Below are positions 35,317 to 45,169 of a stretch of 64,000 bases of DNA, one piece after another (position 1 is the stretch's first letter; each line of letters opens with the position of its first letter). Source of the stretch: Candidatus Gastranaerophilales bacterium (GTDB taxonomy: Bacteria > Cyanobacteriota > Vampirovibrionia > Gastranaerophilales > Gastranaerophilaceae); assembly GCA_944325105.1 (NCBI GenBank), contig CALUYW010000010.1:6324-70323 (forward strand), in the 5' to 3' direction. The position numbers and the translations under genes were made by a program. The notes under the pieces were generated by a model. It did not search any database and was not told the DNA's origin. It worked only from the letters and a program-made list of their open reading frames with translations.

Positions 35317-36975
35317 TTAGCCTGTTATAGCGCCTACATTTGCACCCTGAACGGTTTTAGCGTATTTTGTCAAAAATCCTGCGGGCACATCTTTTTTAAC
35401 GGGTACAAAAGATTTTCTTCTTTCTTCTAGTTCTTTTTCATCTACAAGAAGGTCGATAGTTCTTTTGTTAATGTCTATTTTGATTTTATCGCCGTTTTTA
35501 ATAAGCCCTATAATACCGCCCTCAGGAGCTTCAGGGCAAATATGACCAATGCATAGGCCTCTTGTACCGCCCGAAAATCTGCCGTCAGTAATTAGCGCAC
35601 AAGATTTGCCAAGCCCTTTACCTACAAGCAAAGATGTAGGCGCAAGCATTTCTCTCATGCCGGGGCCGCCTTTTGGGCCTTCATTTCTTATAACTACAAC
35701 ATCTCCCGCTACTACTTCATCTGTTTCAATGCCGCGCATAGCGTCCTCTTCGCGCTCATAAACTCTTGCGGTTCCTTCAAATTCAAACACGCTTTCATCA
35801 ACGCCCGAGATTTTAACAACCGCACCTAACGGTGCTAAGTTACCGTGAAGTATTGCAAGACCAGGGTTTGAAGTAATAGGATTGTTAAAGGGTTTAATTA
35901 CTTCACTGTTTACCCAAGCACCTTTTGCACGCCCTTCAACTGTTTGACCAACCAAGTTAACGGTATTTTTAAGTTCATCTGTGTGACCCCAGATAGTTTT
36001 CAGCGCCCCTGAAATACCGCCTGCATTATCTAAATCAGTCATTGTAAGAGTTGATGAGGGGTCAAGTTTTATTATTTGAGGAATTTTAAAGCTCAACTCT
36101 TCAAAATCATCTAAGCTAAGGTCAATACCTGCACTGTTAGCTATTGCAAGCAGGTGCAAAATGGAGTTTGTCGAGCCGCCAAGCGCTAAGTCGACAATTA
36201 TAGCGTTTCTTAGCGACTCTCTTGTTACTATGTCTTTAGGTTTAATATTTTCTCTCACAAGGTCTACGACCGTATAGCCCGAATCAAAAGCTATACGTCT
36301 TTTTTTAGAACTTACCGCAGAGGCTGTAGCGCAACCTTCTAAACTCATGCCCATAACTTCAGTTAAGCAGGCAAGAGTGTTTGCGGTGTATAGCCCTTGA
36401 CATGCGCCTATTGTAGGGCAAGCGAAGTGTTCCATTTCGCATAGTTTTTCAGCGCTTATTTCTCCTGCTCTGTAGCGTCCTACTGCTTCAGATGAGCCTC
36501 TTATAAATGTTAAAGTTTCGCCCTTGCATTGTCCCTCAAGGGATGGGCCCGCAGTTACTACAATAGCGGGTATATTCAAACGAAGTGCGGCAATTAACAT
36601 CCCCGGAGTGATTTTATCGCAGTTTGTCAAAAGTACAAGCCCGTCCAGTTGGTGCGCTGCAGCAACCGCCTCAACGCAGTCCGCAATTAAATCACGGCTG
36701 GGCAGAGAATATCTCATACCCGAGTGGCCCATTGCTATGCCGTCACATATTGCAGGTGTACCAAAAATATACGCCTGACCGCCGTTAGAGTGTATACCTT
36801 TTTCTATCTGGCGCTCTAAATCTCTCATGCCGGCATGCCCCGGTACCAAGTCAGAAAAAGAACTTGCAATACCTATAAAAGGCTTTTTAATGTTCTTGTC
36901 GCTCAAGCCTCCTGCGTACAAAAGTGCTCTGTGCGGTGCGTGGGCTGTCCCCTCTTTAATAGCGTCAGATTTCAT
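35317..36975 (-). CDS. ilvD: dihydroxy-acid dehydratase
   Basis: 552 aa. Motifs [20 protein letters not shown] and full IlvD-like sequence. Confidence 0.95.
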   Translation of the reverse strand: MKSDAIKEGTAHAPHRALLYAGGLSDKNIKKPFIGIASSFSDLVPGHAGMRDLERQIEKGIHSNGGQAYIFGTPAICDGIAMGHSGMRYSLPSRDLIADCVEAVAAAHQLDGLVLLTNCDKITPGMLIAALRLNIPAIVVTAGPSLEGQCKGETLTFIRGSSEAVGRYRAGEISAEKLCEMEHFACPTIGACQGLYTANTLACLTEVMGMSLEGCATASAVSSKKRRIAFDSGYTVVDLVRENIKPKDIVTRESLRNAIIVDLALGGSTNSILHLLAIANSAGIDLSLDDFEELSFKIPQIIKLDPSSTLTMTDLDNAGGISGALKTIWGHTDELKNTVNLVGQTVEGRAKGAWVNSEVIKPFNNPITSNPGLAILHGNLAPLGAVVKISGVDESVFEFEGTARVYEREEDAMRGIETDEVVAGDVVVIRNEGPKGGPGMREMLAPTSLLVGKGLGKSCALITDGRFSGGTRGLCIGHICPEAPEGGIIGLIKNGDKIKIDINKRTIDLLVDEKELEERRKSFVPVKKDVPAGFLTKYAKTVQGANVGAITG

Positions 36976-37000
36976 ATAATTTTCTCCTTATTTTTTAAAT

Positions 37001-37028
37001 ATTATACAATTAAATATCCTTTTGTAAA
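37001..37028 (-). promoter_or_regulatory. sigma-70-type promoter for ilvD
   Basis: On the minus strand: TTTACA (37028-37023), 16-nt spacer, TATAAT (37006-37001). The SD AAGGAGAAA follows. Confidence 0.45.
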
Positions 37029-37122
37029 AAAATGTTTATAAACTTAATTTTAAATCTTTAAATTTACATAACTTCATGAGAAAATTCACGGTAAGGAAAG
37101 TATGAAATTATAAGGCGCCCCG

Positions 37123-38451
37123 ATGAGCTTTGACAGCAAAACCGAATTAAGTGCAATTATCCTCGCTGCAGGTAAAGGCACGAGAATGAAGTCTAAAAAA
37201 CCAAAGGTTCTGCATGAAATTTTTTCAAAGCCCCTTGTAGGAAGAGTTGTAGAGGCAATTGATAATATTTGCCCCGACAAAAATATAAAAAGCGTTGTTG
37301 TAGTAGGCCATGGCGCGCAGGAGGTTGAAAAATACCTTACAAAATACAAAAATGTCACCTGTGTACTGCAAAAGGAACAATTGGGCACAGGCCACGCCGT
37401 TTCTATGGCGCTTGATGAGCTTAAAAACTTTAAAGGCACGGTGATTATCGCATGCGGAGATACTCCGCTTTTAAAATCATCTACTTTAAGAAAAATGTGC
37501 GAGTATCACATTGAACACTCGTCAGATGTTACTGTTATGAGTGCAATTTTTGAAAATCCTTTTGGCTATGGCAGAATTGTTCGCGCTCAGGACGGCTCGG
37601 TAGAAAAAATTGTTGAGCAAAAAGACGCAAACGAAGAACAGGTCTTAATAAAAGAAGTTAACACAGGTGTGTACTGCCTTAAGTGGGAATCTGTTAAAGA
37701 CTGCTTTAGAGAGCTTAAAAACAACAACTCGCAAGGCGAGTATTATCTGACGGATATTATTGACTGGGCTCGTCAGAAAAAGAAAAAAGCTTTGTCTTTT
37801 GTGATTGATAATCCTGATGAGACTCTTGGAATAAATTCAAGAAAACAACTTGCGCAAGCTATAGAAATAATGAAAATGCAAAAGCTCGACGAGCTTATGG
37901 ACGAAGGGGTGACAATTGTCGACCCTTTAACTGTATCAATTTCCCCTGAAACAAAAATAGGCGCTGATACCGTTATTTACCCAAATACTTTTATAAACGG
38001 TGAGAACACAATAGGCGAAAATTGTAAAATCGGGCCTTTTACTCACTTTAGAGGCAATGTCAGTGTCGGTGATTACTCTAAAATCGGCAATTTTGTAGAG
38101 TTGAAAAACGCCTCAATCGGTTCTCATACCAATGTTTCACACTTAAGCTACGTCGGTGACGCCGCTCTTGGTTCAAACGTAAACATAGGCGCAGGTACGA
38201 TTTTTGCAAATTATAACTCCATAACAAAAGAAAAGAAAAAATCACACCTGAAAGACGGCGTATCAATAGGCTCAAATGCCGTTATAGTAGCACCTGTAGA
38301 GCTTGGAGAAAATGTTTTTGTAGGTGCAGGAAGCGTAATTACAAAAAATGTAGAAAAAAATTCTCTTGCGCTCTCAAGGTCAGCGCAAAAAGAGTACCCC
38401 AACTGGGTTGAAAAACAGAAAAATTTACTTAACAAAAAAGGAGAAGAATAA
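37123..38451 (+). CDS. glmU: bifunctional UDP-N-acetylglucosamine pyrophosphorylase / glucosamine-1-phosphate N-acetyltransferase
   Basis: 442 aa. It has AIILAAGKGTRM and C-terminal left-handed beta-helix hexapeptide repeats. Confidence 0.95.
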   Translation: MSFDSKTELSAIILAAGKGTRMKSKKPKVLHEIFSKPLVGRVVEAIDNICPDKNIKSVVVVGHGAQEVEKYLTKYKNVTCVLQKEQLGTGHAVSMALDELKNFKGTVIIACGDTPLLKSSTLRKMCEYHIEHSSDVTVMSAIFENPFGYGRIVRAQDGSVEKIVEQKDANEEQVLIKEVNTGVYCLKWESVKDCFRELKNNNSQGEYYLTDIIDWARQKKKKALSFVIDNPDETLGINSRKQLAQAIEIMKMQKLDELMDEGVTIVDPLTVSISPETKIGADTVIYPNTFINGENTIGENCKIGPFTHFRGNVSVGDYSKIGNFVELKNASIGSHTNVSHLSYVGDAALGSNVNIGAGTIFANYNSITKEKKKSHLKDGVSIGSNAVIVAPVELGENVFVGAGSVITKNVEKNSLALSRSAQKEYPNWVEKQKNLLNKKGEE

Positions 38452-38452
38452 A

Positions 38453-39466
38453 ATGAAACTAGGGCTTGAAGTAATGGAACAACCACAAACTACGGTTTTG
38501 CCCACGCATGATATTAAACTTTTTTCAGGTCGTTCAAATCCCGTTTTGGCTCAAGAAATAGCACAATACCTTGGCACAACGGTTGAGCCTATGATTATAA
38601 AAAACTTTTCCGACGGTGAAATTTATGTACAAATTCAAGACTCTATAAGGGGCGATGACGTTTTTGTGGTGCAGCCCGTGTGCAACCCCGTAAATGAAAG
38701 CCTTATGGAGCTTTTAATAATAATTGACGCATTTAAACGTGCAAGTGCAAAAACAATTACTGCCGTTATTCCATACTACGGATATGCTCGTCAGGACAGA
38801 AAAACATCAGGCAGAGAGGCGATTACCGCTAAGCTAGTTGCGGATTTATTGACAACTGCGGGTGCAAACAGAGTGCTTGCAATGGATTTACACACAGGTC
38901 AAATTCAAGGTTTCTTTAATATCCTTGTTGACCATATTTACTCTACTCCTGTTCTTGTTGATTATATTAAAAATCTAAACATCCCATCAGATGTTCTTAT
39001 GGCAGTATCGCCCGATACAGGCGGCGTACAAAGAACTCGTTCTTTTGCAAAAGCGCTTAACTGTCCTTTATCTATTATCGATAAACGCCGCGACAAGCAC
39101 AATGTTGCTATAGCAGACCATGTTATAGGTGATGTCAGAGGCAAAGTCTGCGTTATGTTTGACGATATGATAGATACTGCAGGAACGATTTGTGAGGCTG
39201 CAAAATTACTTATCAGAGAAGGTGCAAAAGAAGTCTATGTTTGCGCTTGCCACCCTGTATTCTCAGGCCCTGCACTCCAAAGACTTGATGAAGCACCAAT
39301 TAAAGAAGTTATAGTTACAAATACAATTCCTTTGAAAAACGAATTTATTCCTACAAAAATCACTCAGTTGAGCATTGCTCCGCTTTTAGGTGAAGCAATT
39401 TCAAGAATTCACGATGACCAGAGCGTATCGTCTCTGTTCGGTTTTGAAAAGGAATACAAAAATTAA
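38453..39466 (+). CDS. prs: ribose-phosphate pyrophosphokinase
   Basis: I start at ATG 38453, after AAAGGAGAAG and 1 nt after the glmU stop. Motifs YYGYARQDRK and DDMIDTAGT. Confidence 0.95.
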   Translation: MKLGLEVMEQPQTTVLPTHDIKLFSGRSNPVLAQEIAQYLGTTVEPMIIKNFSDGEIYVQIQDSIRGDDVFVVQPVCNPVNESLMELLIIIDAFKRASAKTITAVIPYYGYARQDRKTSGREAITAKLVADLLTTAGANRVLAMDLHTGQIQGFFNILVDHIYSTPVLVDYIKNLNIPSDVLMAVSPDTGGVQRTRSFAKALNCPLSIIDKRRDKHNVAIADHVIGDVRGKVCVMFDDMIDTAGTICEAAKLLIREGAKEVYVCACHPVFSGPALQRLDEAPIKEVIVTNTIPLKNEFIPTKITQLSIAPLLGEAISRIHDDQSVSSLFGFEKEYKN

Positions 39467-40038
39467 TGCTTGAAAAACTTGAAAAACAAGCGCAAAGCTG
39501 CACAAAGTGTCCGCTTTGCGCCACAAGGACAAATACTGTCTTTTTTGACGGTTCAAATAGTGCAAAAATTATGCTCATAGGAGAAGCTCCAGGCGCTGAT
39601 GAGGACGCTTTAGGTAAGCCCTTTGTCGGACGCGCGGGAAAACTTCTAAACGAGTTTTTAAAAATGGCTGGTATAGACAGGCAAAAAGACCTTTACATCA
39701 CAAATACGATTAAATGCCGCCCGCCAAAAAACAGAAAGCCAGAACCTGCTGAAAAAGCAGCTTGTGAGCATTTTTTAAAAGAGCAGATAAAAGAAATTAA
39801 TCCAAAAGTAATTATCTTGTGCGGTGCGACTTCTGCGGAGAGCTTTTTTGATAAGAAGTTTCAAATAACAAAAATTAGAGGTGAGATTTTTGACAATGTT
39901 AAAGGCTATGAGGGTATAAAATTTGTTCCTATTTTGCACCCGTCTTATCTTCTTCGCAAACACTCGCAAGATGAGGGCTCACCGAGGGATTTGACCTTAA
40001 AAGATTTAAAAATGATTAAAAAAACGGCTCTTTTGTAA
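39466..40038 (+). CDS. family 4 uracil-DNA glycosylase
   Basis: 190 aa. It has the Fe-S Cys motif CTKCPLC, plus GEAPGADED and PFVGRAGKLL. Confidence 0.88.
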   Translation: MLEKLEKQAQSCTKCPLCATRTNTVFFDGSNSAKIMLIGEAPGADEDALGKPFVGRAGKLLNEFLKMAGIDRQKDLYITNTIKCRPPKNRKPEPAEKAACEHFLKEQIKEINPKVIILCGATSAESFFDKKFQITKIRGEIFDNVKGYEGIKFVPILHPSYLLRKHSQDEGSPRDLTLKDLKMIKKTALL

Positions 40039-40047
40039 GAGCCGTTT
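40022..40047. terminator. bidirectional stem-loop between convergent udg and SLH genes
   Basis: AAACGGCTCTT (40022-40032) pairs with AAGAGCCGTTT (40037-40047) across a 4-nt loop. The udg stop codon lies inside the loop and 3' arm. Confidence 0.55.
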
Positions 40048-40063
40048 AATTTATTTTGTATTC

Positions 40064-41353
40064 CTACATATTTTCATGCGTTGGGATTGAATTGTCGTTA
40101 GTACTTTCGTCTTCAACTTCAAATTCCCAGTAATTTTCGTTAGGAATAACCATATCTCCGGTTAAAAGCGCATATACTATCTCGTCGCCTTCTAAATCAT
40201 ATTTAATAACAGGAGAAAGTTTGTCTGTATATTTAATTTTGAATTCGGCTTTTGTGAGAACCTGAGCGTCTTTAAAATAGTTTTCTTTAATAGGATTTTT
40301 CTTATCCACGGTTTTTGTGGTGACTATATTTCCCTTGTCCGATGTGTACACAACGGCAGCCATTTGGTGGCTTATATTGTTTGGCAAGTAGAATTTTCTC
40401 ACAACGATAAGATTTTTTTGCTTTTTGTGTCTAAAGGGAGTGTATTTAATTTTTTGTACATCGGCAACAAACTTTGTTCCTGCAGGGTAGAGAAATGTTC
40501 CCTCTTGCGTGTAAACATCACTTGTTGCGCTAAATACAACCTGATCGCCCAATTCAAGTTTTTTACTTTGAATTGGTTGGTCGGGTTTAATAAGAATTAT
40601 GTTGCCCGCTTCAATTACGTTTTTTGTGTTATAAAGGTTTACAACATTTCTCGGTGCACCGTCAACCAGTTTTAAGGTATTTGTTCCAAGAAACTTTGTA
40701 GGGAGTTTATTTGCAGTTCTTTTAAATTTATCTTCAACAAGGCTCAGTTGTTTTTCGACAGCAGCAAATAAAGCTGCAGCTTCTGCACGTGTTAAATAGT
40801 CATTTGGTCTGAATTTTTTGGGGTCAGGGTAGTTAATATAGAGTTTATTAACCACGTTTTTAATATATGAATAGCGTGCCCAGTTTGGTATTTCATTTTT
40901 GTCAGTGAATGAATCAAGCACATTTATGTCACCGTAGAATCCTTTTGTGACGTTAGCTATAACAGCGTTAGCCTCAGAGCGTAAAATTGACTGTTCAGGT
41001 TTAAAAGTGTAATCAGGATAGCCAAAGATGAGTCTTAGCTGCTCTGATGTTAAAATACTCTCATCATAAGGAGTTTGAGAGTCTACGTCTTTAAATTTTG
41101 TTTGAGCACCTGTTAGAATGTCCTCACTTCTTATAACTTTAAGTAATGAGTGTACAAACTCTGCTCTTGTAAGTTTTTCATCAGGTGCAAAGCTATGTCC
41201 GTTTTTAAAGCCCATATAGCCTTTGTTTAGCGCATTTGCAATTTGAGCTGCTGCCCAGTGGTCATTTTGCACATCTGTTACTTCAAGAGCTTTAGCGCTT
41301 GAAGAGAAGAAAATCAACAAACCTAAAATCAACAAACAAAATATCTTTTTCAT
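40064..41353 (-). CDS. SLH-domain (S-layer homology) cell-envelope protein
   Basis: 429 aa with a signal peptide. SLH repeats include DVQNDHWAAAQIANALNKGYMGF...LTRAEFV, and later LTRAEAAALF. The C-terminal half is unassigned. Confidence 0.8.
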   Translation of the reverse strand: MKKIFCLLILGLLIFFSSSAKALEVTDVQNDHWAAAQIANALNKGYMGFKNGHSFAPDEKLTRAEFVHSLLKVIRSEDILTGAQTKFKDVDSQTPYDESILTSEQLRLIFGYPDYTFKPEQSILRSEANAVIANVTKGFYGDINVLDSFTDKNEIPNWARYSYIKNVVNKLYINYPDPKKFRPNDYLTRAEAAALFAAVEKQLSLVEDKFKRTANKLPTKFLGTNTLKLVDGAPRNVVNLYNTKNVIEAGNIILIKPDQPIQSKKLELGDQVVFSATSDVYTQEGTFLYPAGTKFVADVQKIKYTPFRHKKQKNLIVVRKFYLPNNISHQMAAVVYTSDKGNIVTTKTVDKKNPIKENYFKDAQVLTKAEFKIKYTDKLSPVIKYDLEGDEIVYALLTGDMVIPNENYWEFEVEDESTNDNSIPTHENM

Positions 41354-41420
41354 ATATTTTAAGCCTCATATTACTCAAAACCTATGAAAATATTACACTA
41401 AAAATACTCTCAAAAGCAAA

Positions 41421-42437
41421 TTAGCTTGGAATTTTGCTTATAATTTCTTTATAATCTATTTTAAGACAATCGCTTTGCTCGCAATTATAAGCTCTTTTGT
41501 GCCACAGGCAGGGGCGGCAGGGGACATTGTTTTTTATAGCGACAAATTTTTCGTTTTTAGGTAAAAGTTTTTCTTCATTTGTCGGGCCAAAAATAGCAAA
41601 AGTCTTTACATTTGTACCAACTGCCACATGCATAGGGGCAGAATCGGCGCAGATTACGCATTTTGCGGCTGCAAACATATTTGCCATATCAAGCAGGCTT
41701 TTTGTTTTTTTAAAGTAATTTATAAAGTTCTCATTTTCTTTTATTTCTTTGTTTTCAATTATTTTTGAAATAAGCTCTTCATCATCCCCTGTACCAAAGA
41801 GCACTACTTTTTGGTTGTTTTTAACTAAATCAAGTATCAAATTTTCCCAAAAGGCTAAATCGGGGCACTTTAGGATGTTTTTTCTTATACTCATTTTGCT
41901 AACTCCGGGGTGCAGGGCGATAAAGTTATTTTTTTCAAGCCCTAAAGGCAGTGTGTAGTTAGGGTCGGTGGCTATTTTAGGCAGTTCGCACTTAAGATTT
42001 GATATTGGAGAAATCAAGTCATGATACATATTTGAGGCATATTGATTTTCTCTTAGTTCCACATTTTTTGTTAAAAGAAAAGACGTTTTTGACTTAAAGC
42101 CTATGCGCTCTTTTATGCCCGTTAAAAACAGCAAAATCGCTACAAGGGGTGACTTTCCGCTTGAGATTACAATATCAAAATTTTTCTTCCATACGCTTAA
42201 AAGAAAACCCGCCATGTTAAGGTATTTTTTAATGCCTTTAGCTTTTATATCCGTTTTAATAACATCATCTATATCGGGGCAGAGCTCCATGATGCTTGCA
42301 CTTCGAGGTTCAAGCGCAAGGGTGATTTTTGCGTTTTTAAATTCTTTTTTAAGACTTTCAATAACAGGCATAAAAAGTATTTCATCCCCTATGCCGCCCC
42401 AGTTTACTAAAAGTATGTTTTTATAGTCTTTTTGCAC
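41421..42437 (-). CDS. glycosyltransferase family 9 (LPS heptosyltransferase-like)
   Basis: 338 aa. It has NWGGIGDEILFMPVIESLK at the N-terminus and a DSAPMHVA motif. Confidence 0.75.
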   Translation of the reverse strand: MQKDYKNILLVNWGGIGDEILFMPVIESLKKEFKNAKITLALEPRSASIMELCPDIDDVIKTDIKAKGIKKYLNMAGFLLSVWKKNFDIVISSGKSPLVAILLFLTGIKERIGFKSKTSFLLTKNVELRENQYASNMYHDLISPISNLKCELPKIATDPNYTLPLGLEKNNFIALHPGVSKMSIRKNILKCPDLAFWENLILDLVKNNQKVVLFGTGDDEELISKIIENKEIKENENFINYFKKTKSLLDMANMFAAAKCVICADSAPMHVAVGTNVKTFAIFGPTNEEKLLPKNEKFVAIKNNVPCRPCLWHKRAYNCEQSDCLKIDYKEIISKIPS

Positions 42438-42492
42438 TTTTTACCTCGTTTATAAATTTTACTTCTTTTTAATTTTATAATAAAATAATTCT

Positions 42493-43590
42493 ATGAGCGA
42501 GTTGACTTTAAATTACACAGGAATAGGCTCATTACCGCTTTGTGGGAGTGACGCCGTTAAAAAATCACTGGATTTTATTTTTAGCGAATTTAAAAGCATG
42601 CCCTTTTGGCCTCAGCTGCCGCACTTTGCGCGCGAAGAGGATATGGTTTTTCAATACACTCAAAACCTTGCGGGGCTTGTTGTTGAGGGAGATAAGTACT
42701 ATTTATCTTCAGACAGTGAAGAATTTTTTGTAAAGCTTGAGGAGCTGTTTTTTGACTATGAAACGGTTATTGCCTCAAATTCACTTGAAGAATGTGAGCA
42801 AATACTTGAAAAATACGCTATTTTAGCTCCTAATTCAAACTCACTTACGCCATTTTTAAACGAGCTTAAAAATCACAACTCTGATTTTGTAAAAGGTTCA
42901 ATAACAGGCCCGTTTACCTTTTCAACTTCAATAGTTGATAATGAGGGTAAATGTGCTTACTATAACGATGTTTTAAGGGATGTTTGCACAAAAACTCTCT
43001 CTCTAAAGGCACTATGGCAGGTTTTAGAGTTTAAAAAAGCCTCCCCCAAAGCACGCGCGGTTATTTTTATGGATGAACCGTCCATTTCTCAAGTAGGCTC
43101 TTGTGCGTTTTTATCCGTTGAGAGCAAAGACGTTATAGAAATGCTTAAAGTAATAACGGGCGATTTAGCTAAATTTGGCGCACTGTCGGGCATTCACTGC
43201 TGTGGAAAAACAGACTGGGAAATAGCTCTTTCCTGCGGGGCTGATATTGTTAATTTTGACGCTTATTTTTATGCTCAAAGTGTGGCTAATTTTGCCTCAA
43301 CTGCTCAAAAGTTTGTAGAGCAAGGCGGCTATCTGGCTTTTGGTATAGTGCCTACGCTTGATAAGGAAATTTTAGAAAACCTAAGCACAGATGACCTTGT
43401 AGAAAAATTTGATGAAGCGCTTAAATGTTTCTTAAAAAAAGGCATGCAAGAAAGCCTTTTATACGAGCATATTTTCCTTACTCCAAGCTGTGGCTGCGGT
43501 TCATTGGATGAGAAAAACGCCCTTAAGGCGCTTAAACTTACAAAAGACTTATCAAATCGTCTTAAAGAAAGATGTCAGGTGGCTCTATGA
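42493..43590 (+). CDS. short MetE-like (cobalamin-independent methionine synthase catalytic-domain / UROD-like) Zn enzyme
   Basis: 365 aa. GIHCCGKTDW (His-x-Cys) and LTPSCGCGSL (Cys) align with the MetE C-domain zinc ligands as I remember them. The length fits core-MetE-type proteins. Confidence 0.55.
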   Translation: MSELTLNYTGIGSLPLCGSDAVKKSLDFIFSEFKSMPFWPQLPHFAREEDMVFQYTQNLAGLVVEGDKYYLSSDSEEFFVKLEELFFDYETVIASNSLEECEQILEKYAILAPNSNSLTPFLNELKNHNSDFVKGSITGPFTFSTSIVDNEGKCAYYNDVLRDVCTKTLSLKALWQVLEFKKASPKARAVIFMDEPSISQVGSCAFLSVESKDVIEMLKVITGDLAKFGALSGIHCCGKTDWEIALSCGADIVNFDAYFYAQSVANFASTAQKFVEQGGYLAFGIVPTLDKEILENLSTDDLVEKFDEALKCFLKKGMQESLLYEHIFLTPSCGCGSLDEKNALKALKLTKDLSNRLKERCQVAL

Positions 43591-44324
43591 CACATACTTT
43601 AGCACTACTTGGCAAAGGCGGCAGCGGCAAAACCACTCTTACAAGGGCATTTTGTGCTCTAATTAGAGAATATTTTCCCAATGCCTCCATTCTTCTTGTG
43701 GACAATGACTTAACTTGCGAGCTTGCAGGAAGTTTCGGGTTAAAATCAAGAAATACAATCTATGGTATTCGCTCGGGCAAACACGAATACAAAACAGGTA
43801 TTCCAAAAGGTATGACAAAACAGGAATACATTGAGTGGGCACTTGAGGATATTCTTGAAGAGGTGGAAGAAAATACCGACATAATCGTTTCTTGGTTTGT
43901 AGCGTCAAAAGACTGCCGCTGCCCTATTACAAAGCAGATGAACGATGCGCTTGTAAAACTTGTAGACAGGTATGACTTTGTGATTTTTGATTCGGAGTTT
44001 GATTTAAAATACCTTAATTTACTTGTTGATTACCCGATTGATACTGCAATTATCGTTGCTAATCCTACACAAAAATCCGTTCATCTTGCAGGCGAGATAT
44101 ATGAATTTTCTAAAAAATACGCAGCTGACGGGCAGTTTGGCGTTATTTTAAACAAAGCCAAAAAAGAAAACCTCAACAAATTTGTTGAGCAGATAAATCT
44201 AAATAACTTAAATTTATTGGGAATAATTGAGGATTTGGGTGAAGAGGCCGATTATAACGAAGTAAAAGAAAAAATAAAAGACTTCTATCCGCGCTTAAAT
44301 CTCCCTCAGGAGGGAAGTTTTTAA
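43587..44324 (+). CDS. CooC-like P-loop ATPase (MinD/ParA superfamily) with a CXC metal motif
   Basis: The ATG at 43587 overlaps the upstream stop (ATGA). It has the deviant Walker A LLGKGGSGKTT, a KDCRCP (C-x-C) motif, and FDSEFD as a Walker B-like element. Confidence 0.62.
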   Translation: MTHTLALLGKGGSGKTTLTRAFCALIREYFPNASILLVDNDLTCELAGSFGLKSRNTIYGIRSGKHEYKTGIPKGMTKQEYIEWALEDILEEVEENTDIIVSWFVASKDCRCPITKQMNDALVKLVDRYDFVIFDSEFDLKYLNLLVDYPIDTAIIVANPTQKSVHLAGEIYEFSKKYAADGQFGVILNKAKKENLNKFVEQINLNNLNLLGIIEDLGEEADYNEVKEKIKDFYPRLNLPQEGSF

Positions 44325-45169
44325 TGGCAGAGATTTTAGACGGTAAAGCGTGCGCTAAAGAAATTTTATCAGATATTAAAGTTCAAGTAGAAAAAATGAC
44401 AAGAAAGCCCTCGCTTGCGGTTATTTTAGTCGGGGATGACGAGGCTTCAAAAATATATGTAAAAAATAAAGAAAAAACAGCCCTTGAGCTTGGTTTTAAA
44501 TCTAAAACTTACAGATTGGAAAAAAACACAACCGCTCAAGAATTAAAGGATTTAATTTTGAACTTAAATCTTGATGTGGATACAGATGCCATACTTTTGC
44601 AGCTGCCCTTGCCAAAGCACCTAAAAGCGCAAGAGTTTATAGAACTTATTGACCCCAAAAAAGACGTGGACGGTTTTCATCCCATCAATTGCGGGAAACT
44701 TTTGACAGATACAAATCCCTATGCAATTTCTTGCACTCCAAAGGGCGTTATAAAACTTTTAGAAAAAAATAACATAGAAATATCAGGCAAACACTGTGTT
44801 GTTATAGGGCGCTCAAATATGGTAGGCAAGCCCTTATCAATTCTTTTATTAAATAAAAATGCAACAGTCACCATGGCTCATTCAAAGACAAAAAATCTTT
44901 CTCAAACAGCTAAAACCGCTGATATTTTAATAAGTGCTACAGGTGTGAGCAATCTTGTAAAAAAAGATTTTGTAAAAGAGGGCGCAGTTGTGGTTGACGT
45001 GGGTATTTCACGCGACAGTGAGGGAAAAATCAAAGGAGATGTTGATTTTTTAGAAGTATCAAAAGTTGCCTCTCATATTACCCCTGTCCCCGGCGGTGTC
45101 GGGCCTATGACAATAGCAATGCTTATGGAAAATACTTTGGAGCTTTGTTTAAAAAATGCAAAATTTTAG
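44324..45169 (+). CDS. folD: bifunctional methylenetetrahydrofolate dehydrogenase / methenyl-THF cyclohydrolase
   Basis: 281 aa. Motifs ILDGKA, LQLPLP, VVIGRSNMVGKP and TPVPGGVGPMT. Confidence 0.95.
   Translation: MAEILDGKACAKEILSDIKVQVEKMTRKPSLAVILVGDDEASKIYVKNKEKTALELGFKSKTYRLEKNTTAQELKDLILNLNLDVDTDAILLQLPLPKHLKAQEFIELIDPKKDVDGFHPINCGKLLTDTNPYAISCTPKGVIKLLEKNNIEISGKHCVVIGRSNMVGKPLSILLLNKNATVTMAHSKTKNLSQTAKTADILISATGVSNLVKKDFVKEGAVVVDVGISRDSEGKIKGDVDFLEVSKVASHITPVPGGVGPMTIAMLMENTLELCLKNAKF

Noticed and set aside
37102-37113. A three-codon mini-ORF (ATG AAA TTA TAA) with a good SD (AAGGAAAG), 9 nt upstream of the SD-less glmU ATG. It could be a re-initiation device.
   Set aside because: Such tiny ORFs arise easily by chance in AT-rich spacers, and I cannot support it without conservation or ribosome-profiling data.
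40302-40310. A canonical DnaA-box-like TTATCCACg.
   Set aside because: It is a single occurrence inside the SLH-protein coding sequence with no AT-rich unwinding element nearby, so it is most likely chance.
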